A DNA stretch of 60,297 nt. It comes from Candidatus Omnitrophota bacterium (GTDB lineage Bacteria > Omnitrophota > Gorgyraeia > JABMRG01). The notes under the pieces are model-generated. The model did not search any database. It saw nothing but the letters and a program-made list of their open reading frames with translations, and was not told where the DNA came from. The stretch lies in NCBI GenBank assembly GCA_013202525.1, contig JABMQS010000002.1:1-60297 (forward strand), in the 5' to 3' direction. The translations under genes and the position numbers were made by a program. The first letter of the stretch is position 1. The number at the start of each line of letters is the position of its first letter. Shown here in pieces: positions 26,999-35,401 of this stretch.

Positions 26999-29903
26999 TC
27001 TTATCTACCACCTTCTCCCTCAATATCCTCTTTACCGGGAAGGGTATGATCTGATACTTAGGTTTAGCCAGTGTTCCCCCCAGCCTGATCTCCATTATAA
27101 GGTCACCGGCTTCACGCAGTATAGCAGATGCTATCTTTCCGGGCTGAGTGGTCTGCTTTGCGATGTCTTCCGCAAACCTGCCTGTTATGTTAAAGTCGAG
27201 GGTCCCGTCAAATCCGAGCGAACCGACCCAAAGAAGAGAGGCGACCTTGGATAACATCTTGAAGTCTTCTGTGTATATCCTGTTATTTTCCAGAGCGAAG
27301 TTGCCGAAGGCGTCTGTCAGGGTTATATATTCAGGGGGCATCCCGAATACGATCTCAACCATTCCTCTCATCACAGGAAATTCCCATAGGTAGCCATCGG
27401 CGATTTGCAGCCAGCCCCGCCCTTTCAGAGAATCCTTTTGGCCGAGATAACCGTTTAAGACGACTTGCCCACCAAAGGCGCCTTTTATCTTCTTCTCTTC
27501 AAGCTCCGTATCTTCTACGAGCTGGCGGAGGTCTATATCCTTTACATCTATATTTATTATATATGGTTTGTCTTTGGTGTTTAAGTTTATGCGCGCATCT
27601 ATATTTACCACGCCGTTATAGGGATAGGCAGCAGCCACCGGTATATCTATGAACCGGTCCTTCATGCGCAAGTCTATGTACAGGTCTTTCAGTTTAAGGC
27701 CGCAGATGTATATGCTCTCTGACGTTGCTTCCAGGGACAGCCGCCACTCGGGAAAATCTTTCAACGGGCCGCTCATATCGAATTTTACCCTTACTGCACC
27801 GGCAGGCTTAAGCCTGGTCAATCTATCCTTCTGCGATGTGAATATATGGGGCGTATCCTTCATGTCCAGGTTTACGCTCCCCGCGATAACAGCATAGGGA
27901 TTCTTTATGTTCGATATCTTGCCGTTGGCGGAGAAGGAGGAGCCACGGTAGCTTCCCTTGCATTTTAATATGCTTATGATCTTATCCTCTATCTCGATCT
28001 CAGCGATGGCCTTGGTATATTCGGATTCGAGGGTTATCGATATCTTCGGCTTCTTAAAATCGATGAGTTTTCCGTAGGAGTGGTATTTTGTCCCTCTTAT
28101 ATCCAGATTGAGGTCGCGCCACAAGATCTCATCTTTGGTGAATTGCACGTCGCAGTCTATATCGGTTATCTTCTTTGGCCAGTGTGGCATATTGACCGAG
28201 CAGCCTTTAAGCAGGAGCCGCCCTTCATAGTCGAAGGCTTCTAGCTTTTTACCTGTGCCGTTGAATTTCAGATCTAAAGAGCAGAGGCCGTCGGCCTCTA
28301 TTCCTGAGAACCTTGCCCCTATCTCCTCAGGCAGGCTCGAGAGGAACTTGGCGAGAGAGAGGTTATCGGCCACAAGCCTCATATTGATTGCAGGTTCCTT
28401 TGCCTTGTAGCCTATGTCACCGCTCAATCTTATGGTAGAATCCGCGGCAGTGCCTGTTAAGTTTTTTATGGTCATGCGTTTTGTGTCGAAAGCTGCTTCA
28501 CCGGATGCATCCGATATGAGCGGAAGGGATTCTACGCCTTCTATCTTTACATTTGCAAAATCGATAACCCCTTTGTATTGAAGTGACTCCCAATCCCCTG
28601 CCGTGCCGGATGAGTCCCCGTTTATTATGAAGTCGCCGCTTATGATGGTGTCTTTCTGAAAGAGCGTGAGGTCTGCGATCTGTGATCTTGCGCTGATATT
28701 AAAGGTCCCGTCTTTTCTGTAGGTGACCCTCGTCTTTATTTTTGCATCTCCGCTTTCTATGTCCATATTGACAGCATCCGCGATATTTTTAAGGGCCATA
28801 TCAGATGATATCTCGGCATTGATTATAAAGTCCTTATCCGGGCGGGTAACATTCCCGGTTATTATAGACGGGGAACCGTAGATTGAGCAGGAAAGCTTTT
28901 TTGTGGACCAGTTCTCATCCGATAAAGAAATGAGACCGTATATGTTGCCTATCTCCTTGAACGCTTTTTTGGTGGTTGTTACCTTTGCCCCTTCGGCCCC
29001 CAGCTTTAAATCGTATCCAGCTATGCTGAAGTCCTTCAGATCGAGTTTTGCACTACCCTCTAAGGTATAGTTACCGCTTATTGCCATATCTCTTATGTCT
29101 GCGTTCAGATCCTGAAGGTTTAGACTGCCCCTTACCTTGGCATCCTGAAAATTTATGACCTCTGCTTTTATCCGGCCCCCGCAGATCCCGGAGTAGAGCC
29201 CTATTCTGTCTTTGAAATAGGCGTTACAGTAATCGGCCAGCGCGAGATTATCTGCCTCAAGTTCTATTGAGAGCTGCTTCTGGACAGGGTGAAACCTGGA
29301 GCCTATCTTTATCAGGGCCTTATCGATATTACCCGAGCAATCTAAGGTGAGGAGATCCGGAAAGGAGAGCCCGGCGCTTCCCTTTAGGCCGATGAGACTC
29401 TTCTGAAAGTGCCTTTTCTGGTATTGATCCCTAAAGTCTACCCCGCCGCTATCAAAGGTGACGGCCTTTACGATGATGCGGAAGCGAGAGGCCTTTTTTT
29501 CTTTCTTCCCAAGCAGGGATGGAGGGATATTCCAGTCTCCGGTTTCAGATCTCTGCAGGTTAAGGTAGGGCCCCTTAAGATTCAGGTGCGGGATTATCAA
29601 GTGATAGTTTTTGATGGATGGTATGAATATGATACCAAAGGATATCTCATCGGCCTTAAACAGGTATTTATCGTTTTTGACTGTGTCTTCATAGATCCTG
29701 GTGTTGGTAAGTATAAAACCTTTAGTAATACTAAACTGCAGTTTATCTATTTCGACATCTCTCTGGAGTTGTTCCTCGAGATTCTTTACCAGGAAGTGCT
29801 TAAGCCTGACCGGAATAAACGTGCGGTTCAGATATGATATCGAGGCATAGGATAGCACCAACAATATTGCCACCCCAATCAAAATCTTATATCGTACTTT
29901 CAT
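26967..29903 (-). CDS. AsmA/TamB-like envelope biogenesis protein (N-terminal anchor, long beta-rich body)
   Basis: It has a single N-terminal TM segment (ILIGVAILLVLSYASI) and a 950-aa repetitive beta-strand-like sequence. The C-terminus ...IRLGGTLAKPKYQIIP is typical of AsmA-like/TamB C-terminal regions. A GAGGGG Shine-Dalgarno precedes the ATG. Confidence 0.6.
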   Translation of the reverse strand: MKVRYKILIGVAILLVLSYASISYLNRTFIPVRLKHFLVKNLEEQLQRDVEIDKLQFSITKGFILTNTRIYEDTVKNDKYLFKADEISFGIIFIPSIKNYHLIIPHLNLKGPYLNLQRSETGDWNIPPSLLGKKEKKASRFRIIVKAVTFDSGGVDFRDQYQKRHFQKSLIGLKGSAGLSFPDLLTLDCSGNIDKALIKIGSRFHPVQKQLSIELEADNLALADYCNAYFKDRIGLYSGICGGRIKAEVINFQDAKVRGSLNLQDLNADIRDMAISGNYTLEGSAKLDLKDFSIAGYDLKLGAEGAKVTTTKKAFKEIGNIYGLISLSDENWSTKKLSCSIYGSPSIITGNVTRPDKDFIINAEISSDMALKNIADAVNMDIESGDAKIKTRVTYRKDGTFNISARSQIADLTLFQKDTIISGDFIINGDSSGTAGDWESLQYKGVIDFANVKIEGVESLPLISDASGEAAFDTKRMTIKNLTGTAADSTIRLSGDIGYKAKEPAINMRLVADNLSLAKFLSSLPEEIGARFSGIEADGLCSLDLKFNGTGKKLEAFDYEGRLLLKGCSVNMPHWPKKITDIDCDVQFTKDEILWRDLNLDIRGTKYHSYGKLIDFKKPKISITLESEYTKAIAEIEIEDKIISILKCKGSYRGSSFSANGKISNIKNPYAVIAGSVNLDMKDTPHIFTSQKDRLTRLKPAGAVRVKFDMSGPLKDFPEWRLSLEATSESIYICGLKLKDLYIDLRMKDRFIDIPVAAAYPYNGVVNIDARINLNTKDKPYIINIDVKDIDLRQLVEDTELEEKKIKGAFGGQVVLNGYLGQKDSLKGRGWLQIADGYLWEFPVMRGMVEIVFGMPPEYITLTDAFGNFALENNRIYTEDFKMLSKVASLLWVGSLGFDGTLDFNITGRFAEDIAKQTTQPGKIASAILREAGDLIMEIRLGGTLAKPKYQIIPFPVKRILREKVVDKIKDIFGNIGE

Positions 29904-29913
29904 AACACCCCTC

Positions 29914-29959
29914 TAAGACAGTCTTGCAGCACGAAGGTCCGTGCTTAAAGACTGTCTTA
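29914..29959 (-). promoter_or_regulatory. Nested palindrome / 5'-terminal stem-loop of the AsmA-like mRNA
   Basis: TAAGACAGTCTT (29914-29925) is a perfect inverted repeat of AAGACTGTCTTA (29948-29959). They enclose GCACG-AAGGTC-CGTGC. The element sits between the predicted -10 box and the RBS. Confidence 0.5.
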
Positions 29960-29965
29960 CAGACC

Positions 29966-29994
29966 ATTATAGTTTTATGCATGGGGATTTGCAA
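29966..29994 (-). promoter_or_regulatory. Sigma-70-type promoter for the AsmA-like gene (minus strand)
   Basis: On the minus strand the sequence reads TTGCAA (29994-29989), a 17-nt spacer, then TATAAT (29971-29966). The predicted +1 falls at about the first base of the 29959-29914 hairpin. Confidence 0.55.
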
Positions 29995-30025
29995 TAGAAA
30001 ATGGAATGGCTGGGCGATTTTTTCT

Positions 30026-30054
30026 TTGACACAGGATGTATTTTGTGTTATATT
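30026..30054 (+). promoter_or_regulatory. Near-consensus sigma-70 promoter with an extended -10 box for the fused glycine-cleavage gene
   Basis: TTGACA (30026-30031), a 17-nt spacer and TATATT (30049-30054) preceded by TGT are present. This implies a ~190-nt 5' leader before ATG 30255. Confidence 0.6.
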
Positions 30055-30157
30055 ATAAATACCTTTATAAATGGTACACCTTTGTTTCTCACCAAAAACT
30101 CACCTGGCCAATGCGTTTACGTGTTGAGCTATATCTATGTTCAAAAATTATTCAGAA

Positions 30158-30243
30158 GACAGGTTCGTGCTTGGAAACAGGACAGGTTCCCGAACAAATT
30201 GGTAAACGTCTCCAACTGTTAACTACAACTGCTAAAGAATGAG
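30158..30243. repeat. Repeat family A, short form (copy A3), inside the 5' leader
   Basis: GACAGGTTCGTGCTTGGAAACAGGACAGGTTCCCGAACAAATTGGTAAACGTCTCCAACTGTTAACTA...CTGCTAAAGAATGA is present. About 47 nt are near-identical to 35344-35390. It is the reverse complement of parts of 6534-6644 and 38584-38726. Confidence 0.85.
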
Positions 30244-30254
30244 GAGAGTAGGGT

Positions 30255-33200
30255 ATGTTTAAGGTAACTGCGGTTATTACAGCATTAATATTTAGTATAA
30301 CAAGCGTACCAGGGCCGAGCTACATATATAATGATGCGCTTCGAGACATGGCCACTGGAAATGCTGATGGCGCAGGCTCATCAGTGGAAAGAGCGCTGAA
30401 GTCTTCTTCGCAGGGTGATCCCAAGGAGACGGTGCTCCATGACTGGCATGTAACACAAGGTGCAGCCATGGCTGCCTTTGGTGGTTGGGATATGCCGAGC
30501 GTATATACAGACGCCAGAGAAGAGAACCTTAATACTAGAAGGGGTGTCTCTATATTTGATGAGAGCCACATGGGCTTGATAGAGATAACAGGTCCTGATG
30601 CTGCCAGGTTTCTTGCTCACATTTCATCTCCCAATGTTGACCCAGACGGGAGCATAAGAGAATTTAATGACGGGGATGTGCAGTACAGGTTCTTATTTAA
30701 TGAGAGAGGAATACAGATAGATGATATACAGGTTGTAAGGATCGCAGAAGACCATTTCAGGTTAGTGGTAAATGCCTGCAACACAGATAAGGTGGAGCGC
30801 TGGTTAGATGATAACTCCAGTGGTTATGACTGCAGTATTAGAGACCTGCGTTATGTACCCGATCAGACTGAGCAGCGTGTAATATTGGCTGTTCAGGGCA
30901 CCAATGGGGCACAGGATATATTGCAGCTGCTTACTCCTCATGATCTAGACAGCATCGACTATTTTCAGGCTGCTGAAATAGATCTCTTTATCGGCAGGGT
31001 AATACCGCGCGGGCCTGGCGGAAAGCCAAAGTATACGGGAAAGGTCGTGAAATGTCTTGTGCAGAGAACAGGTTATACTGGCGAGGATGGTTTTGAGATA
31101 CACCTTCACCCTGATGATGTGCTGCTTTTCTGGGAAAGTGTTATCAAGCTTGGCGCAAGGCCCGCAGCCCTTCAGGCAAGGGATACATTAAGGGGAGAGG
31201 CAGGCCTTCCTCTTAATGGCCATGAGTGGACAGACGATGATGATGGCCCCATGCCGTGGGAATATAAGTATGCCTTTACAGTAGATACCAGCGAGTCTGC
31301 ATCCTATATAGGGGCAGAGGCGCTACGGAAGAAAAGAGCTAAATCGACAAAGGCATTGGTGGGCATAAGGTTGTCTGATAGGCAGTCGAGGCTGCATGAA
31401 GGGCATAAAGTATTTAATGATGAAGGTAAAGAGATAGGCTATGTAACGAGCGGCTTTTTTTCACCGACACTCGACAGGGGCATAGGCCTGGTCTATATAG
31501 ATAAAGAATTTGCAAATATAGGTACAAAGTTGATAGTGCGGCCTTCACCTGACAGGATGCTTTTTGCAAAGGCTGTAAGGACACCTTTTATAAGCCATAT
31601 CATATCCAGTAGGGGCAGGGATCCAAGAGAGAATGCGCCAAATTATATACCAGGCGGCGATGAGGAAAGGGCACAGAAGCTCGCTCTTGTTAAGAAGAGA
31701 TTTGGTGCTGATTCAATAGAGGCTCTTTTCGGAGACCTGCAGCAGTATTTCCATCAAGGTGAATTGGACCTGCCTGAGCCGGCAGTTAATAACAGGGCGC
31801 TCTTTAGATTGATGTACGGATTGAGCCTTGAAAACAATACCGACCTCTTATCCTTTCGCGGAGCCGGCTGCTACGCTGAAGAGCCTTCTGATCTTGTCGA
31901 TTATCTGATGACGTTAGATGGTTTCGTAACATCATATACCCCGTACCAGCCTGAAGTAAGCCAGGGAACCTTAAGGCTCATGTTTGCCTATCAGTCTCTT
32001 ATGGCAGATCTGCTTAATATGGATGTTGTAAATGCCTCTGTCTATGAAGGGGCAAATGCCCTGGTAGAAGGCGCACGCATGGCAACCAGTATAACCGAAA
32101 AAGACAGGATAGTCGTAGTCGGCGCTATAAATCCCCGCCACAAAGAAGTCCTTGATGAATATGCAAAAAATCTTGGCATCAATGTCTCATATGTTGATCC
32201 TATTGCAGAGACAGGCAGGGTTGATTTAAGAGGGCTAAAGGATGAGATAGATAATGAGACCGCTTCTGTAATCGTGCAGCAGCCAAACTTCCTCGGCATC
32301 GTCGAGGAAGAGATAGACAATATAGCAGATATCGCAAGGGAAAATGGGGCGCTTCTTCATATACACTCAAATGACCCGATGCAATTTGTGTTTCTAAAGA
32401 CCCCTGGAAATCATGGAGCTGATATTGCTACAGCAGAAGCCCAGGCCTTTGTAGGTGAACATTTTTTTGGAGGCACTAATCTCGGTATCGTTGCATGCAA
32501 AAGGAAGCATTTAAGATATATACCAGGACGCTTAGCTGGCCAGACCGTTGATCAAGATGGCAATGATGCCTTTGCCCTGGCATTGGCCCGCAGAGAACAG
32601 TTTGCTGCCCGAAAAAGGGCCACATCCAATATATGCACAAATGTTGCCTTACACGCGGCCCGCGCCGCTGTCTACATGCTCGATAAAGGAACCCAGGGGC
32701 TGAGGTCATCATTAATTCGTTCCGGTGGACATGCGGTATGGTTTGCAGGGCAGGTGCACGATGGCAAGATACCGGGTTTCAGGCTTTTCAGTAATGCCCC
32801 GTATGCACGTGAGATAGTAGTTGAAACAACTATCTCTGCTAAGGAATTACAGCAAGAACTGCTAAAGAGAGGTATCGATGCAGGCACTGATGTAAAAAGC
32901 TACGACTCTTTTAAAAGCAGAAGACATCTCATACAGTTCTCATTCACAACTGCACATACCAGCACCGATAGAAAGGCATTGGCAGATGCCCTTAGGGACA
33001 TATCAAAGGAGCGCAGCCTCAAAGATCTTGATGAATCGCATGCCCAAATGACAGGTGGATCACGCGATCAATTTCGGCAGGATGCACTCAATATACCTGA
33101 GATAGAAGAACCAGATCTAAGAGCGGCATTAAAGGTTTTAAGCGAGCAGAATTTTTGCGTTGAGAAACACCCATATCCTCTCGGCTCCTGCACAATGAAA

Positions 33201-35252
33201 AAGACCCCTAAGGTTAGTTTAAAAGCAGCAAGCGAACGCGGGTTTGCCAGAGTCCATCCCCATGCATTGCCTGAGACAGCTCAAGCGACACTTCAGATTC
33301 ATCATGAGCTTGGTGAATATCTTAAGGAGATAACAGGCATGGACGCAGTATCTCTTAATCCTTCGGCAGGCGCACATGGTGAGCTTGTGGGCATTACAGC
33401 AATATTCAGGTATTTTGAAGACAAGGGTGAGGCCAAACGCAACGTGATTATTACCACAGACTCTTCTCATGGTACAAACCCTGCCAGCGCTGCTATACTC
33501 GAGGCAGAGATAGTACAGGTCAAGACAGATATGGCAACAGGACGCCTGGACATGGCTTCACTTCGGCAAGTCCTTGCTGATCCTAAATACAAAGGCAGGG
33601 TTGCGGCTATAATGCTGACAGAACCCAATACACTTGGGGTGTTTGAGGATTTGGAAGAGGCGGCCCGTTTAGTTCATGAGGAAGGCGGTATGGTCTACAT
33701 GGACGGCGCAAATCTAAATGCCATAGCAGGATGGATCATGCCAGCGGATTTAGGCGTAGATGTCATGCATTTTAATCTCCATAAGACATTCAGCGCGCCG
33801 CACGGCGGAGGCGGACCCGGCGCAGGCCCGGTCGGTGTAAGCGATAGGCGTTACAAGCTATCGGAATTTTTGCCAAACCCAGAGGTGGTTTTGAGAGATG
33901 GCGAATATGCTCTTGCGGATAGAGCACACGGTACAGACATGGGAACCTTTCTTGGCAATACAGCGGTTTCATTGATAGCATATGCTTATATAAGAAGACT
34001 TGGCCCGGAAGGCCTAAAGCAGGCTATCGGGGATGCTCTATTGAATGCAAATTATCTCAAGGCGCGCCTTATGGATGAGTTTGATATGGTCCCTGCTACC
34101 GGTGAGCTTGCGATGCATGAGTTTGTCATATCTTTGGCAAAAATAAAGAAAGAGACAGGATGCACTGCCGATGATTTTAGCAAGGTATTGGAGAACTTTG
34201 GGATACATCCGCCTACTATATATTTTCCTCTGATAGTATTAGAGGCGATGATGTTTGAGCCGACAGAGAGTTTGAGCATAGAAGACCTTGACCGTATAGC
34301 AGACGCGATGATAGCTATAAAGAATCTCGCTTATGCTAATCCGAAGGTGGTAAAAGGCGCACCGTACAGTTCTCCTGAGGCCCTTCGTCACGGACTTACA
34401 GCTGCTCTTATGCAGACACGCCAGTCAGATTATAAGGATGCCAAGGCGCTGTATGCTCACCTGCAGCCAACACCAGTAAGCAGGGTTATTATGGATCCTG
34501 TAAATGACCTTCAGGGTGTTGTTTTAAAGCAAAATAATGTGGCTGCCATTCTTGGTATCAGTGATGAAAGGCTCGTTAGGGAGGCACCTACTGCACCTGA
34601 AACCCCCGAAGAAGAGCTTGAGTACAGAGATCCTGCTGAGGGCTGGAATTCAGATCCAGGGCAGTCTATACCAGTATTTTTCAATCCTAAATATGAGGAG
34701 TTTGACGATTGGTACAGGATAGTGGAAGGCCCTGATGGCAAAAGAATCGCTGTTATAGGTATTCTTAAAAGGAGTTCTGATCTTCTATCCATTGCTGAAA
34801 TAATTTTCGAAAAAAATGTAGGAGAAGAAGTCAATAGAGGTGAGGTATGCTTAGAGTTTGAAGGGGATAAAGCAGATATTGAATTTGAATCTCCTGTAAG
34901 CGGCAAGGTTATAGCAAGGAATGAAGCTGCTGTAGAATATCTGGGTAAAGATAAGGCAGAGCAAGGCACGGATGACCCCTATGGCAGAGGCTGGCTGTTT
35001 GCTATTGAGCTTACCGAGGAGCCAGAGCCTGGAATAGATGTTTTAACTGCTGCTGCGTATGACGAGGCTTTAGAAAAGGCATCCATGCCCGGCGAGGTAA
35101 AATCTGGCCTTGAGATAGCCACAGATACAATAAAGTACCACGCATTTAATGCGGCAAGATACGGCCCTCTAGGCAGTGGCGGGCGCAAAGCCGCCAGCCC
35201 CGGCACTCCTGCACCAGCAGCCGTATCTAAAGCAATCTTATCAGGAGCATAG
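30255..35252 (+). CDS. Fused glycine cleavage system polyprotein: GcvT-GcvPA-GcvPB-GcvH in one 1665-aa ORF with a hydrophobic N-terminal segment
   Basis: The T domain spans ~aa 58-447 (LHDWH..GA.M..FGGW.MP, FDESHMG). PA spans ~aa 462-915 (NYIPGG..., SYTPYQPEVSQGTL). PB spans ~aa 965-1400 (GSCTMK, HGTNPASA, NLHKTF with K1177, PHGGGGPGAGPVGV). H spans ~aa 1476-1612 (EFEGDKADIEFESPVSGKV with K1539, DPYGRGWLF, LTAAAYDEALEK). A GAGGAGAG Shine-Dalgarno lies 6 nt before the ATG. Confidence 0.85.
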   Translation: MFKVTAVITALIFSITSVPGPSYIYNDALRDMATGNADGAGSSVERALKSSSQGDPKETVLHDWHVTQGAAMAAFGGWDMPSVYTDAREENLNTRRGVSIFDESHMGLIEITGPDAARFLAHISSPNVDPDGSIREFNDGDVQYRFLFNERGIQIDDIQVVRIAEDHFRLVVNACNTDKVERWLDDNSSGYDCSIRDLRYVPDQTEQRVILAVQGTNGAQDILQLLTPHDLDSIDYFQAAEIDLFIGRVIPRGPGGKPKYTGKVVKCLVQRTGYTGEDGFEIHLHPDDVLLFWESVIKLGARPAALQARDTLRGEAGLPLNGHEWTDDDDGPMPWEYKYAFTVDTSESASYIGAEALRKKRAKSTKALVGIRLSDRQSRLHEGHKVFNDEGKEIGYVTSGFFSPTLDRGIGLVYIDKEFANIGTKLIVRPSPDRMLFAKAVRTPFISHIISSRGRDPRENAPNYIPGGDEERAQKLALVKKRFGADSIEALFGDLQQYFHQGELDLPEPAVNNRALFRLMYGLSLENNTDLLSFRGAGCYAEEPSDLVDYLMTLDGFVTSYTPYQPEVSQGTLRLMFAYQSLMADLLNMDVVNASVYEGANALVEGARMATSITEKDRIVVVGAINPRHKEVLDEYAKNLGINVSYVDPIAETGRVDLRGLKDEIDNETASVIVQQPNFLGIVEEEIDNIADIARENGALLHIHSNDPMQFVFLKTPGNHGADIATAEAQAFVGEHFFGGTNLGIVACKRKHLRYIPGRLAGQTVDQDGNDAFALALARREQFAARKRATSNICTNVALHAARAAVYMLDKGTQGLRSSLIRSGGHAVWFAGQVHDGKIPGFRLFSNAPYAREIVVETTISAKELQQELLKRGIDAGTDVKSYDSFKSRRHLIQFSFTTAHTSTDRKALADALRDISKERSLKDLDESHAQMTGGSRDQFRQDALNIPEIEEPDLRAALKVLSEQNFCVEKHPYPLGSCTMKKTPKVSLKAASERGFARVHPHALPETAQATLQIHHELGEYLKEITGMDAVSLNPSAGAHGELVGITAIFRYFEDKGEAKRNVIITTDSSHGTNPASAAILEAEIVQVKTDMATGRLDMASLRQVLADPKYKGRVAAIMLTEPNTLGVFEDLEEAARLVHEEGGMVYMDGANLNAIAGWIMPADLGVDVMHFNLHKTFSAPHGGGGPGAGPVGVSDRRYKLSEFLPNPEVVLRDGEYALADRAHGTDMGTFLGNTAVSLIAYAYIRRLGPEGLKQAIGDALLNANYLKARLMDEFDMVPATGELAMHEFVISLAKIKKETGCTADDFSKVLENFGIHPPTIYFPLIVLEAMMFEPTESLSIEDLDRIADAMIAIKNLAYANPKVVKGAPYSSPEALRHGLTAALMQTRQSDYKDAKALYAHLQPTPVSRVIMDPVNDLQGVVLKQNNVAAILGISDERLVREAPTAPETPEEELEYRDPAEGWNSDPGQSIPVFFNPKYEEFDDWYRIVEGPDGKRIAVIGILKRSSDLLSIAEIIFEKNVGEEVNRGEVCLEFEGDKADIEFESPVSGKVIARNEAAVEYLGKDKAEQGTDDPYGRGWLFAIELTEEPEPGIDVLTAAAYDEALEKASMPGEVKSGLEIATDTIKYHAFNAARYGPLGSGGRKAASPGTPAPAAVSKAILSGA

Positions 35253-35295
35253 TGTACCGTTTGCGATTCCCTGCCTGCCGGCAGGCAGGCGTGCT
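35250..35295. repeat. Repeat family B (copy B2), containing the stop codon of the fused GCS gene
   Basis: TAGTGTACCGTTTGCGATTCCCTGCCTGCCGGCAGGC is identical to 8511-8547. Here the palindrome is extended to CCTGCCTGCCGGCAGGCAGG. Confidence 0.85.
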
Positions 35296-35300
35296 CAAAT

Positions 35301-35336
35301 AAGATTAACGCTGTCCCCGGGGACACTGTTAATCTT
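35301..35336 (+). promoter_or_regulatory. Long imperfect hairpin between the two large genes
   Basis: AAGATTAACGCTGTCCCC pairs with GGGGACACTGTTAATCTT, giving an 18-bp stem with 2 mismatches and no loop spacer. No U-tract follows, so it may be a processing or stabilising element, or a terminator. Confidence 0.4.
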
Positions 35337-35343
35337 GTAAAAA

Positions 35344-35401
35344 GGGACAGGTTCCCGAACAAGTTGGTAAACGTCTCCAACTGTTAACTAGCTGGTAAAG
35401 A
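35344..35401. repeat. Repeat family A, short form (copy A4), immediately upstream of the 1057-aa gene
   Basis: GGGACAGGTTCCCGAACAAGTTGGTAAACGTCTCCAACTGTTAACTAGCTGGTAAAGA matches 30180-30238 with a few substitutions and one small indel. Confidence 0.85.

Noticed and set aside
30195-30225. A sigma-54 (-24/-12) promoter inside the shared upstream element (TTGGTAAACGTCTCCAACTG).
   Set aside because: TGG is present, but there is no properly spaced TGC(A/T) -12 element. A sigma-70 reading (TTGGTA-14 nt-TTAACT) has too short a spacer. The strong promoter at 30026-30054 explains transcription of the first gene.
30001-30242. Two small + strand ORFs (73 aa and 68 aa) in the divergent intergenic region.
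   Set aside because: They overlap the promoter and leader region, have no Shine-Dalgarno and no recognisable motifs, and are AT-rich and low-complexity. They are most likely non-coding leader sequence.
29904-30254. A glycine riboswitch upstream of the fused glycine-cleavage gene. I expected one because gcvT operons commonly carry them.
   Set aside because: I could not find the conserved GGAGAG...CACCGAAGGGGCAA...CTC.GGCA.AAGGAC-type cores in either aptamer arrangement. Only a vague AAAGGGACAGG resemblance occurs inside the repeat element. A covariance-model scan is needed for a final answer.
35237-35249. A shared C-terminal AILS(G/A)A ending of the two large proteins (the second at 38558-38572), read as an ssrA-like degron or sorting signal.
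   Set aside because: This is only a 5-6-aa similarity with no nucleotide-level homology, so chance is not excluded. I mention it under the cassette finding but do not treat it as an independent feature.
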